Counted from the first letter of the stretch, positions 36,034 to 51,419 are shown. The stretch is DNA of 64,000 nt from Eledone cirrhosa (GCA_964016885.1 OZ024747.1:42470001-42534000), one strand, 5' to 3'. Notes: generated by a model not told the origin, from the sequence alone. Translations and numbers: made by a program.

Positions 36034-39000
36034 AGAATGTAGCTTCATGAAAGAGTTGTACGCTAATGAGGATGTTAAAGAAGAATCAGGATTTGTAAAA
36101 CTATTGTTTTGGTTGTAATGGTTGAAAATTTAACTAGAAGCAATTACTCTTCCTTCGAAGTAATTGATCAAAATCCATAGATTATGTTAACTAAATTTGT
36201 AGACTTGTCAATAAATTTGGGTTATACATCAGTTGTTGTTTTTTTCCCTCTTGTATTGCAACCTTTGTTGTTTTGAGAAGCAACATCAGATTTTCAAAGT
36301 AAATTGGCAACTGGCCTGTCCCTCCTCACAGTGGTGCCATCCTGTTCCGCTGTGAGAAGAGTTCAGTGTGGCCAATTTGCATGTCCTTCATAGCGGTGCC
36401 ATCTACTCCCAGGCTCCCAAACTGTGGTTCTTTTGTGAGATGGGTTTGGTGCAACCAACTGGCCTGTCACCTCATAGCAGTGCCATCCTGTCCCACACTG
36501 TAATTGTATTTGGTGTTAGTAAGGGCATCCAGCTCTAAAATCCCTGGCCACATTTACAGTCCCATTGGAGCAAAGTATAGTGTGGCCAATTCTGGCCAGA
36601 CCTGTCTCTTGACATGGACGACCCGTCTAACCTATGCAAGCATGGAAAATGGATATTAAACTGATTATCAAAAATATAGTTTAAATATGTATAAAACTGA
36701 TAATAAACAGTTTAGTCTAAGGTATGTGGACAGAGCATGCCAAATGGTAAAGATGTTTGCTTTACATCATTAAGTTCTGAGTTCAATCCCATGCCTTATG
36801 TGTGAAATTGAGTAGATGAAAACTATTTGGAAGCCTGTTGAATAGATAAAGTAAGAAGCGCGGGATGGCGTAAGGTTTATAATTTTTTTTATCCCCTTAG
36901 TAAAATAAGTTGGATTACTTTGAATATTACATAATTTATCTACTAAATACTAAATTTCGTAGCTGTTCATTAAATATATTTTATTATTTATTTAAAGATT
37001 CACTTCTTTAAACCTTTCAAATGTCAACACTTCCGGTTAGCGGTCGCTTAAATAAACACTCATATATTTCCGTCACTAATTTTCTAATGCAGTTTATATA
37101 TAATATCGTCTTTTTTTTAATGTATCATGGATTACATTACTGATTATATAAGAGAATGTAACGCAGTCTTTGTTCAATTTCTGTGTATATTGTCAATTAC
37201 GATTTTTGATGTATCATATCTACATACACTACACATGCTAGCAGAAAACCACCTGAAGTGTGGTTTTTCTCCTAGTACTTGTAATTCAAAAGGCCAGCCT
37301 TTTTTTTTACCCTGAAAATTGTTAAAAGTACACGTGTCTGTAGAATGTTCAGCCATGTTAATTTCATGAGCAGGTTGTTTCCTTGCTTGAATAACTGGAA
37401 CACTCATCGTAAAACTACTGAGGGCCATCTTACACTAAAGTAGGTAAATCAAGCAAAGGGGAATAACTTGAAATTATGATATAACTCTTACGGTGGGAAA
37501 AGAATGGAACTGTTTCAGTGAGATTGTGGTAGTTATTAACAAGGTCATCTAATGTATTAACTGTTGATAAATTCTGATATTACAAGTAGAGCTTTTAGTG
37601 GTTTGGATATAGTTGTCGAAATTGCTGTTGTTACTTAATGTAACAATTGTCAGTACTTCATAGCTATCCTGTGCTGGAAGTTAGATTGAGAAAATTATTT
37701 TCTTGGCTGGTAAATATCGATTTTTAATTTGTCAGAAGAAAAGTCAAACTTCATAATTGCTATTTTTAATTATCATAATTTGCTGTTATCATAATTGACA
37801 AAGATTGAGAAATTTACGAAGAGACAAAATTTAGGGAGTTAAATTATTGGATGTAGATAATTACTTAATAAGCTGAATTGTATTTAGAGAATGAGAGAAG
37901 TTTGATTATCATCATCATTTAATGTCTATTTCCATGCTTGCATGGGTTAGACAGCTTTTTAGAGGGGCACCACCATTACTACTTTACAGGGTGGATTATA
38001 TATAACATTTAAATTAATGAACCCATTTTTACATATTTTCTGCTAAATTTTTTACTAGATATTATACAGCTTGTGTTCATGTAATTAACTAGTAATATCT
38101 AGTAAAAAAATTTAGCAGAAAATATGTAAAAATGGGTTCGTTAATTTAAATGTTTATAGTATTTTTTCAAATGTTTATACTATTGTTCCTAGTTGACATT
38201 GTTGTAGGAAATTGTAGCAACGACTTCAATTTTTAATGTAATGCAGTCAGTTTTGTTTCATACCTTTGAAGAATGTCTAGCTGATGTAGTTTCATGTGGT
38301 ACAGGTCATTAAAAGTTAAGGGCTCATGTTTAACTAGAGTATTATTTTTTTTAGGTAAAACAAATACCAAAGTTTATACAATGACAAAAACCAGCATCAT
38401 TTGTTGGAAGAATCTCATATATAGAATATTTATTAGACAAATTTTAATTACATTTTATACTTTTACATTATCAATAGAGGTTAGGCTTGGAAAAACCCCA
38501 AAAGTATGAAAATAATACAAATATCAGTAGACCCCAGTCATGGCAAATGGGTATATTCAGTTTGGTTACCATGGCTACATTTATTTGTTAAAGAATGAAC
38601 AACCTTTGTCTCTTTTATAGGGTTGTAGCAATTAATAAAACAAACACACTGAACCAATCAATGCTTACTTAAACTTCTTCAATCTTAAGTTTAGGAGATA
38701 AATTCTTTCTCTAGCAGTTTCCCCGAACATACACAAAACTATTGCATTTGAGATGATATGAGTCATCATCTGCTTAAAACCCATTATATTAACAAAGATG
38801 AGATGAAATCAATTTATTTTATATCAATAAGTGGCTCTTGCATTATAAGTTTCACCTTGTAGTTGATGCAGCTAAGAAGTGAAACTTGTATTGCAAGCAA
38901 CTGTCACTAATTGATATAAAATAGATGATTTCACTCTACATATAGAAGTCTTTATAATTTGTAGCCTGTATAACATATACCAGTATATATTTAACAAGAA

Positions 39001-40339
39001 CCACACACACATTATATATATATATATAGCCTAGAATTTCCAAAGAATAGATCAAGGAAAAAAAGCGCTCTATGTAATATACAGAGCAAAAATATATATA
39101 AATAGACATTCTATGTCTTATGCTGTTTGAAACCTTAGGTAGCATGCATTTGTTTTGATATCTTATTCATTATATATTGTGCTTAAAGTAGAAACAATTA
39201 TATATATAATAATAAAAAAATTTTTTTTCGCTCTACATGGCTGAATACAATAAATGTAATCTAAATATATATATATATAGAGAGAAGTTACTAGTTAAGA
39301 CAAGTAAGATCATTATTCAACTTAGTAATTCAATTCATACTCAATGAAGGTATACTATAAACATTATTATAGGATATAAAGCCCATCTAATTCTATTGTT
39401 GCTTAACCTTGCTCTTGCAGCCCATGTTTTTAAGGGCTGCATATGACTATACTAGCTAATATGTTGTTGTTTTAGTTAGGAGATACCTGGCTTTGATCAT
39501 GATATATCTAGCAGAGTGTGTGACCACATAAAGGTTTCCCCATTGACTAATTCTATTTATTTTGTCAGGTTAGTCTGGCATTTTTAGATGATTCAATCAA
39601 AATAATTGTTTACGTGTAGTTGTGATCATTATTGCAGGGGTCGATAAAATAAAGTACCAGTAATGCAATGGGTAATTGCTGGCCTTGTGCCTAACGTAGA
39701 AACAATTATTGCATTCTAATAGATGATACTGCCATTAGCTCAAAGCTACTCGACCTGGTATTCTTCTTATGTTGTCAAGATAAAGAAAGTGGTATATAAA
39801 TGTTTGCAGCATATCAAGTGAAAAGATTTAATTTTAAGTTTTGAGTTTCCTTAAATGTTAAGAAAATCACATAAAAAATAAAACAGGCACAAGTATATTT
39901 TCAATTGGATAATATCTACATCTGTATTGATATTTCAGTAATTTTAATTTGGTCTCTCACATTCAAAGTATATTCACTGAGTTAGTTTTGTTTCTTCTCT
40001 CTTTGAGTTAATAAACAAACAAACAAACAATAACAACATGCATTTTAAGGCTATCTTCCCTGCTAAAGCAGGGGTTAGCCTTGCAGTCCCCATGGTAAGT
40101 TTTTCCATTTTTCCCTATTGTCTGCATCCTTCACTTTCATTTACACCTCTGTCATTTTTAGCAGTCTTTCTTAAGCTTCCCCTTCTACTTCCTTCCACAT
40201 TCATTTCAGAGTTTCTAGAGTTGATAAAATAAATACCAATTATATATTTCATTCCTTGTTTGTAAATTTATTTTACTTTTCAAACTAATAATTTCCTTAG
40301 ACTAGACTAAAGGAAAAAAAAATAACAATTGCTTTAATA

Positions 40340-40592
40340 TAAATCTGAAGTCTGTCTTGAGCCCGAAGGCTCATCAGGCTGGTGTTTATCCCGGTTTCCG
40401 TGGCATAAAGCGACTGAGAGTACAAGACTCCCCCCCAGGACAGGACACCAGTCAATGACAGAGTTAAACCTCCAGTTAATGCTGGTACTTATTTTCAGCT
40501 GAATATACTGGTGCAATGTGAAATTAAGTCTAGGAATCGAACCCAAGATGTTATGATCGTAAGTCCAACACACCACTAGGCCACTTGCCTCA
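40340..40592 (-). mobile_element. tRNA-derived SINE (second family; related copies at ~22230-22390, 46560-46870, 47080-47205)
   Basis: A box TGGCCTAGTGG and B box GGTTCGATTCC on the minus strand; flanked by an attgctttaatata direct repeat (TSD-like). Confidence 0.75.
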
Positions 40593-41182
40593 TTGCTTTA
40601 ATATAGTATATTCTGATTTGATCAAGATTAGCTTTATAGTCTGATTATAAAGATTTGAGTTTATTAACATTAATATAGGGAGAGTAAATTTGTAGAAACT
40701 CCTCACATTTCCCATGAAAATATTCAGTTTCTTTAGCAACTTAACTTTCATAATTTAGCTAAAAATCAAAATTATCAGAAATACAATGAATGATTTACTA
40801 CAATGGAACTTCATTGAGATTAACTCTTAACATACTGTAATGATTTAGTAGAAACTATCTAAAAATGAGGATTGTTAATTCAAATGTTTATGGTATCTTT
40901 ACTTGCAAATAGATAATTGTGAAAATAATGATATATTGATACTTCGTTACTGCTCATTATTACTATTATTATATATAAATTATAAATTATCATTATTATA
41001 TATAAAATATTGTTTATAATTTACATTCAAATTATAAACAATGTTTTATTAGATTTTTAATCCAAGTGATAAACAGTGTTTTCTTACTTCTGACAATAGT
41101 ACTTTATTAATATATTATTCTGTGCACTATCAAAGACATACATATACATACAAATATATATATACACACATACATTATATAT

Positions 41183-41229
<47 letters not shown>

Positions 41230-42157
41230 TATACATATATGTATACTGCCTATATATATATATATATATATATACATATACATACACACACATTCTATAT
41301 ATATGTACTTAATGTACAAATTCTTCACAACCAGATCTTTCAGAATCTACAACTTCATGTTTTCTGCCTCCTCCTTCCTTTTAATGCACATTGGTATAAA
41401 TAACACTGTTGTTCAGCTAAAATGTATTTCTTTTGTCCCTGAATAGAATTAAATCCAAAATATAGGTAAAAAAGATTAAAAGAAGCAATCAGTGAAATTA
41501 TATAGGCAAGAAGATTGGCAACACAATGATAAAATGTTTGAATTTTTGAGTATTTTTAACAAATCTTCTCTACTAGGCAAAATTAGCAAAATGACTGTAA
41601 ATTTCATAAAAGAAAGCAAAATAAAAATTAATTTCAAAAATAGATTGCTTGCATTCAGTTCTGTAATTTTTATTTATTTTTAATTGTTTTTTTTACATAA
41701 TACTATCGAAAAAAAAACGAGTTAGCAACCAAACACATACACAAATTCTGATTATATTTTGTGGAATTTTACTGCGAAGACTTTAATTTTGTTTCTAAAT
41801 AATTTTTTAGGTAAATTTATATTTAATCTCTCAAAATGTTGAGTTTCTTTCATTCATTCATTCATTCAAGGAAAAAGTTGACAGTAGTTTTGAAATTTCA
41901 CATGTGATTGGCTTTGAAACTGATATGTGTAAAAATATATTCTATATTCTACTGATAGGTATTGAGTCCTTTTCAGTTAATGTTTGAATGTATTTATGTA
42001 TGGTTATACATAAAACATACACATTAACATTACACACATATATATAGTAGTAGTAATAAATACAAAGACCAAAATCCGCTTTAAGGAGAAGGGAGAAATT
42101 CTTTGCTTAAACTTATAATGCGCTAATATATCTAGGGCGGGTAAAATTCCCAAAATC

Positions 42158-42505
42158 CATGGATGAGTTCTCTCCAGCGGTCTCTGTCCCTAATTATCGC
42201 TGCCATGTCCTGAATCTCCAACAGACCAGTGTCTGTCCTTAGGGCATCAACATACGTTAACCTTGGGCGGCGTGCCACAGTTTGAGATCGGTGTGGAAGT
42301 CAGACCTTCGTGAAGACCTGAAGATCCGCCTCTTCATTGCTGTAGTGGAGTCTGTGCTGCTGTACGGGTCTGAGACTTGGACATTGACCAAGAGACTCAC
42401 CCAGATGGTGGATGGGTGCTGCACAGGAATGCTGAGGATGGCTCTGAACATTAATCAGTATACACTGAGGATGAAACACTCCCAAAAGTCAGCTCAAAAG
42501 TGCTA
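42158..42505. mobile_element. Short RTE LINE insertion with 5' inversion
   Basis: Plus strand 42258-42505 encodes WKSDLREDLKIRLFIAVVESVLLYGSETWTLT; minus strand 42258-42158 encodes the RTE C-terminus TYVDALRTDTGL..RDRDRWRELI. Confidence 0.7.
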
Positions 42506-42524
42506 ATATATATATATATAAATT

Positions 42525-44365
42525 TTGAGTGGAAGACCACCATGTAACACTAACGAGAACCCCACTCTAGGCACGCAGAGGTCGACCACCCTCTGCAACT
42601 GCAGAAACCCTGAATCATGCCCCCTTAGTAATGAATGCCTTAAGAAGAACTTAGTATATGGTTGTAGTGTTAAAACCCCCAACTCCGAACACCTCTACAT
42701 AGGAGCCACATCAACGAGCTTTAAAGACCATTGGTATAACCATCACCATTCCTTCAATAAGGAGGCCAAAAGGAAAAGTATGGCTCTCTCTAACCTGATC
42801 TGGAAGCTTAAGCTGGACAGGACCCCGTACTCTCTGGCCTGGTCCATAATCAGGAAAGTACCACCCGATAAAAGGGGATCTGGCATATGTAAACTATGTC
42901 TGAACGAGACCCTCGAGATACTAAGAGGTGGAAGCCGCCTGATAAACCTCAGAACCGACTTCTTCGGGACATGCAGATACCTCAGGGCCAGGACCTTCCT
43001 CAAGATATATGGACAGTAGCAACACAATAAGATGTGAACTCCCCTCAAGCTATAGGGACTTCTCCAGAACATGTAGAAACCTCTCGGCTAGACCTCCCTC
43101 AAGCTATATGGGCAGTAACAACACCATAGGTTGGGTACTCCCCTCAAGCCATAGGGACGAACCCAGGCTGTGCAGACACCATGATAGCCTAGAGATTGAT
43201 TCTGACACAGCCTTTATAATTTGGCCAACATCTTTATAACACACACACATTTTATTTTACTTGATTTTTCATTTTTCATTATTCATTTGTTATTTGTTTT
43301 GTTTTCTTCACTTTATCACCTTATATTTATATTTAAGTTGAGATTGGTTATAACACACATTTTATTTGATTATCCTATTTCGTTTTATTCTTTTACCATC
43401 CTGTTCCTCCTACCACTTTATCCAACATATTTCTGACCCTGAGATTGGTTATAGCACACACACATTTTATTTTATTTGAATCTTCATTTTTATTTTTCAC
43501 TTTTCATTTTCATTTTTCATTAATTTTTCATTTATTCTCTATTTATTATTTATTTTCTTCATTTTATTGCCTTCTATTTCTTCATATACATGGTAGAACC
43601 CCCCCCCCCCCCCCCGAGAGATGGTGGCAGGAGGGATGAAGAAACACACACACATACTTCTAAATGTCAGCAGCAGCAAGACATAGGCTGACCACAACAC
43701 CAACAACACTACCAAAATAAGGGTAGAGGTCAGATGTACTTAACAATAGCAAACACTACAGGGACCCTCACCCCAGAAAGAATTTCTATAGACTTGACTG
43801 AGGAATGCTCTCAAAACTGACCAATGGGAAGAGTGACCTTACAAATCTTTATAACATTGAGATGGGTATAACACACATACACACACACACACATTTTATT
43901 TGATTATTTTATTTTATTTTGTTTCTTTACCATCTTATTCCTTCTACCACTTTATCATTTTTTTGAGCTGACTCCAACAACACCACCACTACCAACATAA
44001 GCATAGGGGTCAGATGTACCTAACAATAACAAGAACAACAACTACAAATTGGCTTGCCTCAATGAATTTTTATAGACTTTTGACTGAGGAATGTTGTAAC
44101 AACTGACTAATGAGAGGAGAAGAGGCCCTTTGACAATGAAATTTGTTTGTTTAAATTCATATGATTCCAGTTCCTCAGTGAAATAACAACCCAACCAGGA
44201 ACTGAGCATATCAGAGTATTGACAAAGTTATACACTTCAACAACATGTGTACTTGTCTCTACCACACTAATTCGGACTGCCTGAAGAGGTCACAGCCAAA
44301 GATGGCTGTCACCGAAATATATATAGCAGTAATAAACGAAGCCAAATTTTAAACATTTGACTTAT
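42525..44365 (+). mobile_element. 3' part of a Penelope-like element: GIY-YIG endonuclease plus 3' pLTR with hammerhead
   Basis: CNCR..SCPL..ECL..NLVY..YIG..FK..WYNH..SF..LS..IW..WSII..CKLCL.E; hammerhead and AATAAA at the 3' end; flanked by (TA)n. Confidence 0.85.
44276..44330 (+). ncRNA. Minimal type I hammerhead ribozyme in the Penelope pLTR
   Basis: ACUGC-CUGAAGA-GGUCACAGCCA(aaga)UGGCUGUCACC-GAAA-UAUAUA-UA-GCAGU, immediately followed by AATAAA (44331). Confidence 0.88.
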
Positions 44366-47300
44366 TTATTTTATTTTATATATATATAGAGAGAGAGATG
44401 TAGATAGATAGATGTATTATATTATATTACTTGAAGTTTCTTGCCAGAGTAATTGGCAATCTTCTGATAGTTATATTTTTGCTTGGAAAAGAAAAAAAAA
44501 ACCCCACCTTATCTCTACCCTGCCCAAAATAACTATTTTAGCTTTAAAAGCTGAAGTACCATATTTGATGGTATATTGGCTTGTGGAGACATCAGCTCCC
44601 ACACAAAGTTCAACGGAGATGCAGAGCTTGTCCTGACTGAGAGCACACCAACGTTGGCCATGGGAAAGGGCATCAATCCTGTTCCCCAATGGTTAGCAGA
44701 TATCTAAAAATTGAAGTCTTTACTCTAACACTGAACATTTTCACTGTCCACTAGTAAAGAAACTATAAACATCTGAACTAACAAACCCCATGAAACTACA
44801 TTAGCAAGATTTTCTTAAAAAATTACAATAAACATTTGAATTACCAAACCCATTTTTAGATATTTTCCACTGAATCACTAAGAGATAGTTTTATGTACAC
44901 CAGAGATAAGCACCATAACTAGTGGCTTGGAAGAAGGGTTAATTTTAAACTAAGATATTATAAATTCAGTGTACAGTAGGAGTTATTGCTGTGAATAATA
45001 AAATATATTTGGAGCAGAAAGGTTTCCTTAGACAATTGATGGAAATAATACACTCAGATTTTTATAAGGTATTCAGAGTGTTAATGGATGCAGCATAGCC
45101 AAATAGTTAAGAAATTTGCTTTACAATCATTAGGTTCTGGGTTCAATCCCACTGCATGGCATTTTAGGCAAGTGTCATTTACGATAGTTACAGGTCAACC
45201 CATACCTTATGAATAAAACTGGGTAGACAAAAAAGGGCTTGGAAGCTCATCAGATTGAATTTGTGTGAAATTCAAAGGGCCAGCCTCATTACACATGGTG
45301 TGATGAAGAATGTCTCTGAGAATTACATTAAAGATACATGTATTTGTGGAATGCTCAGTCACTTATATGTTAATTTCATGAGAAGACTGTTCCATTAATC
45401 AAACAACTGGAACACGAACCATCAAAACGGATGAAGGTCCATCACATTCATGGTATTAATTCCTTAATTTATTTTAATGTTAGTAGTTGATGGTGAGAGC
45501 ACATAAAAAATTATTCTATTTACATGACAAAGGAAAAAGAATTGTAGACTCAAGCAGTGTTTTTATATATATTACATAGTACATATATATTATATTATAT
45601 ACTACATATATATTATATACTACATATATATTATATTATATACTACATATATATTATATAGTACATATATATTATATAGTACGTATACATTATATTATAT
45701 AGTACATATATATTATATTATATAGTACACCCTATTATATCAAGTATTGAGTACTCTACTAGTTTAAACTGGTAAAATCCTGATATATAAGATACATATT
45801 ATTGGTTACTTCTGATTTTACTTGGGATATATATATATATATATATATGGTTTTCTGAAGGAAAACAGAAAGTAACCACAGTTAAACAAGATACTCAATA
45901 CATTAGCAGAGAAGATACATATTTATTACATCAAATACACATACACACATTTTTAGTAAAGTCGTTGGCTTTCTGCAATGTATTTATAGCATGAATGCAC
46001 ACAGGTGCACATACATACACAACCTGTTGACATCCTTACCTTGTGATGTTTCTATATTTATTCTACTGTTTTGTTATACATACATATATACACATGTGTA
46101 TATACATGTATATAGGAAAACAGTTAATTTCTAATTGATTAATTGAGCTAATTACCCAATGTAATTAGCTTAAAAAGGTCAAATGTGTTTTAATGGTGTG
46201 TTATTAGTGTAAACAGGTTCAGGTTTAATGCAAGTAATGTTCTGATGGTGTCAAGCTTGAAATGATTGGTTTCTTGGCAGATGTCCAGTGTCCAGAGGAT
46301 GTATTTCCAGTACATAGGTTGGACTAGGACAACAGTCTAAAATTGAGATGTTTACACATCATAACTGTGTAAACAATATTACTGTATATTCATGTTGTAA
46401 CTCTTACATGTTATATTTTAATGATAATTTATTTGAAGTTGCAGTAGCTTCCAGCAAAACAATGATCCCAAGAAGTACAAAAATAGAGTTAAAGTCTGTC
46501 CTAAGTCCAGAGGCTCATAAAGTTAGTGTTTATCCCAGTTTTATTGGTATCAAGTGAAAGTACAAGGCTTCACTTTGAACAGGGCACTACTGGACTACAG
46601 GGTTAAAAGCTGTCTCAAGACTGGAGGTTCAGCAGGTCAGTGCTTATCCCAGTTTTATTGGTGTTAAGTGACAGTGAGTACAAAACTACTTCCTGGACAG
46701 GATATCTGTCCATTGTAAGGTTAACCCCCATCTATTGCTGGCATTCATTTTCAGCTGAGTAAACTGGAGCAATGTGAAATGATTAAGAACATAATGCGTA
46801 ACCTGATCCAAGAATCAAACACATGACATTATGATAGTAAATCCAACAATCTAACTACTAGGCCACAAGACATGGCTAACTGGAAAAGGTGACAGATTAT
46901 TAGGTCATGGATTATGGGGTTACCATAATCCATGTGAGTAAAAAGAAAAAAAAGAATCAATTGGCAAGATCCCAGACCTCATTCACTTACCAAGTGAGGT
47001 AGAGCCCATCAAATTGAACCAAGGAAACACTATTTCCGTTTGTTTTTCCATTGCTGATACTATCTACTGGTTGCAACTCCTGGCAGAAAGAGCAACATGA
47101 AATAGTGTCTTGCTCAAGGACATAATGCATCACCTGGTCCAGGAATCGAACTCACAACCTCATGACTGGGAATCCAATTATCTAACCACTAAGCCACATG
47201 GTTTCACAAATTAGTAATTTAATAAGCATTCCAAATTATTTCAATTCCATTTTTAACCATCGTCTCATTAAATATACAAGATTTATTCAAATTCATTTGC

Positions 47301-48083
47301 CAATATTGAAGACATTAAAATAAAAATAAATTCTAAAAGCTAAATTATTCAACTTTATGACGTTCATTTGTTCAATGTTAACAATTATGAACTGCTTCTG
47401 AATAATAACAAATTGTCAACTTTTTAAACCTCTTTTAAATTATAGTTTATCAGTTATGAAAGGATTATATACTACAAACAGACAAATAAACACAATTTAT
47501 TCAAAAACTAAAGAGAAAAATAATACTGTAACAAAATAATCATAATAATGATTGGCCTATGTTTGTCTATTTGATTCTATGCAAGAAATATTTTCATGTT
47601 CTTACAATAAAAATTATTCTTTTAAAATTTTGTTACTTCATAAACACTATTTAAATTTGATTATTTAATTCCTAATAACACATTTCAAAAATAGAATCTC
47701 AACAGCGTAGACATATGTATGTATGTATATATGCATATATATATATATGTGCATGTGTGTATGTGTATATATGAGTGTGTGTGTATGTGTGTGTGTGTGT
47801 GTATATATATATGTGTATATATATATACACACACACACATATGTGTATATATATATATGTGTATGTATATATATAAGGAAAATGATAAAAAAAAAGGGTT
47901 TGAAAAGTGCACCTGGTATAAAGGATCTTTATAACACGTACAAAAATAAATATCAAAGATTGATGTTTATGGCAGCCTGGTTTCTCCGTATTGGATTATC
48001 AAAACATTTATTAGGTTACATTGTTTTTTTTCATTAAAACTCTCGACCACATTAGTTTTTTTGTACATGTTATAAAGATCCTT

Positions 48084-48143
<60 letters not shown>

Positions 48144-48453
48144 ACGTGTGCTTTTTAAACATTTTAAAAATCATTTTCCTTATATAACATGATCTGTATA
48201 GAACGTTTTCTATCATCCACAATTTTTCCACTATATTCACATACATATATTTACATATACATACACACACATATATATATACATACACACCCCCACACAT
48301 ATATCACTGTTTAATGCAACACACATACATATATATATATATACATACATACACACACCCACACATATATATCATCACTGTTTAATGCAACACACATACA
48401 TATATATATATATACATACATACACCCACCCACACATATCACTGTTTAATGCA

Positions 48454-48503
<50 letters not shown>

Positions 48504-51106
48504 CGAAGGAAATGTGGTAAGGAACCAGGTGGACCATAACGCACCAAAGTACTCAATACTTAGGGTAGTAGAGCGGGTAATAGGAACAAGTAAGACCCCG
48601 ACGGCTGAGCTCAAGCCGTTTCGACGGCTAATTCTGGACTAATTCCGTCCAGAATTAGCCGTCGAGGTCTTACTTGTTCCTATATATATATACTCATACA
48701 TACACACACATATACATATGCATGCATATATACATACACACAGACACATGTATGTATGTATGTATTTCTTGGTGGCAATTTTATCAAACAAAAATATTAC
48801 ATTTGAAAAAAACGCAACATTTTGAGAGATTAAATATAAATTTATCTAAAAAATAATCTAGAATCAAAATTTAAGTTTTCGCAGTAAAATTTCACAAAAT
48901 ATAATTAGAATTTATATAGAAATTAATGTTGTATTCTCTAAATAACATTGATGAATTATTTATTAATCTTTTCATGTTCTGGAGTAAGCTACAACATAGC
49001 TTGAAGTTAGGTAATAGAAATATCAATGTTTCTTGATTATAATATTCTCTTTAATTATATTTGTATAAGATTTATTATTACAATAAATATTTCATTCTAT
49101 ATTATGACATTTTGTAGAAATCTTTATTTTGAGAGAAAAATACACACACACAGATACATATATGTATAAAAGTAAAATATTTGTTTAATATTTGTTTAAG
49201 GAGTTTAACACATTTGAATTGTCGAGATTTTTGTTTGATTTTCTTTTCTTCAAATTATTTAGATTTTAACTTAAGATCATCTATTAAGAAATCTAAATAT
49301 CTTCTAATGGTTTCTGGTTTAGGCACAAGCCCAACAATATTGGGGGAGGGGAAAATCGATTAAATCAACCCAGTACATTACTGGTACTTTATTTTAACAA
49401 CCCCGTAAGGATGAAAGGCAAAGTTAACCTCGGCGGGATTTGAACTCAGAACGTAAAGGGCGTAGCTCTATGCCACAAAGCATGTTGTCCGATGCTCTAC
49501 CAATACTTCCAATCCACAGCAATTCTTCAATGACATAATATGAAATGTGATATTATTACATTTATATTTACAATCAATGATAATTGTATGTGTGGGTGAC
49601 AATATTCACAGATTGTAAACATACTGGATCTAATGAGAGTAAACTGTTAATGTATGTCCAATAAGGTATTTAGAATTTTGGTATGAAATGGGATACTGAA
49701 GCCAGAAGTTATCTGAATATATTTCCCATATATCTTATTACTGTTTACCATGACGAGGATACTGAAGAAATCTGAAACATAAGGAAGAATCAACAATAGC
49801 CACCCACAGGCCAGATGGGCACGGGAAAATATTTATGCTCAGTAAAGATAACTCAAAGAATAAATTTGAGTGATATTACATTAGTATTTAACAAAACAGA
49901 ACCACAGCTTGTTTCCACGAGGATTGTTCAACAGAGATTATACAAGGACGGTTACAAGAACTGAAAACTTCAGTAGACTATTGCAATTTGTAAATATCAA
50001 CTGTCAGGAGTGAGTTTGTTTGTGCAAGAATAATAAAGACACTGGACAACGAATCAATGGCAGAAAATGGGACTTTTTAAAGAAAAATTCCTAAGTAGTC
50101 AATGGACAAAACAAATTTTCTTTCTAAATAGAGAAAACTTCATTAGAAGTGGAAATCATATTGATTGAACCAATTGAGAATTCCTATAAAAGGAAGCTGT
50201 ATGTTTTGGGTATGTTGGTATTTTGTACCACATCAAGTAGTGGTGGTATGTTTGTGTCAGATAAAGTTTATTTTAAGTCGTATGTATGTGTGTAAGTTTG
50301 TATGTATGCATGTATATGTGTGTACATGCATTGTTATCACCGTCATGGGTTAGATGGGTTTTCATGCACTGAAGCTAAATAGGTTAGGTGACAATGTCTT
50401 GCTCATATGCTCCGTATTTGGCTTGGTTTCTATGGCTGGATCCTTTCCTAATGCCAATGTGTATGTATAATTACTATTACAATGTGTAATTACCTGACAC
50501 TGGTTTGTGGCAAGTAGTTGCCAATATATTTGGAAATAATCCTTTCATCTACCAAGATGTTGATGTCATATCCCTTTGATCTTGAAACAGCTCAGTGATA
50601 ATTTATTGTAACAATTAAATTCCTTAACCTTTAGCATAGTGTTGGCGACATAAAGCACCATAGATTAATCTCCCCTTAATACATAATGCAGTGTTAAGGA
50701 AAACAGCTCATAAAAATTACTAGCATGCTAAAGGTTAAATGACATGAGCAGCACATCAATCTCACCTGAACATTATTGACAATGTGTGACAACAAATGTA
50801 AAAAATCAGACTGTCTAATGAAATAAATGAGATTCAAAGTTTGTGAACACGACAAAAGCTTCCGAAGACTTCCATAAGAAGCTTATATGAGTATTATGTT
50901 TTCATTATTATTATTATTATTATTATTATTTGTTTTGAATATGGTGAGTTAGGTTATTTTAAGAGATTTTTTTCATGAATATATGTAATGTTTGCATCTC
51001 ACATAATCTTACCTCAACATGTGACACCCATAATTGTGTCCATGCTTTCAACATGTTTCACTATATGGGAATGTATATATATGAGAAAATGTTCATGAAA
51101 TATATG

Positions 51107-51176
<70 letters not shown>

Positions 51177-51316
51177 ACCAAAAGTTTATATGGTTCGTTG
51201 ATTATTCAACGAATTCAATTTTACAATAGATTAGAAGCACTCGACAGCAATTTATCTGGAGTATCTATAATATTATTCAAAATATTAATAAATGAGAAAT
51301 AATATCATAACCAAAG

Positions 51317-51387
51317 TATATATTTTATTATACATATTTCAAAGGTACAATGGTGTTTCAGTACGTTTTCATCAGATAAAATATATA
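51317..51387 (-). ncRNA. Minimal type I hammerhead ribozyme (left copy of an inverted pair)
   Basis: Reverse complement of 51420-51490. Confidence 0.78.
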
Positions 51388-51419
51388 AAAGATAGGGCTA
51401 TGTTGTATAACCAATCTCT

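Noticed and set aside
40355-40385. CUGAUGA-GCC-UUCG-GGC on the minus strand, resembling a hammerhead half
   Set aside because: No GAAA or stem III follows; it is part of a SINE tail.
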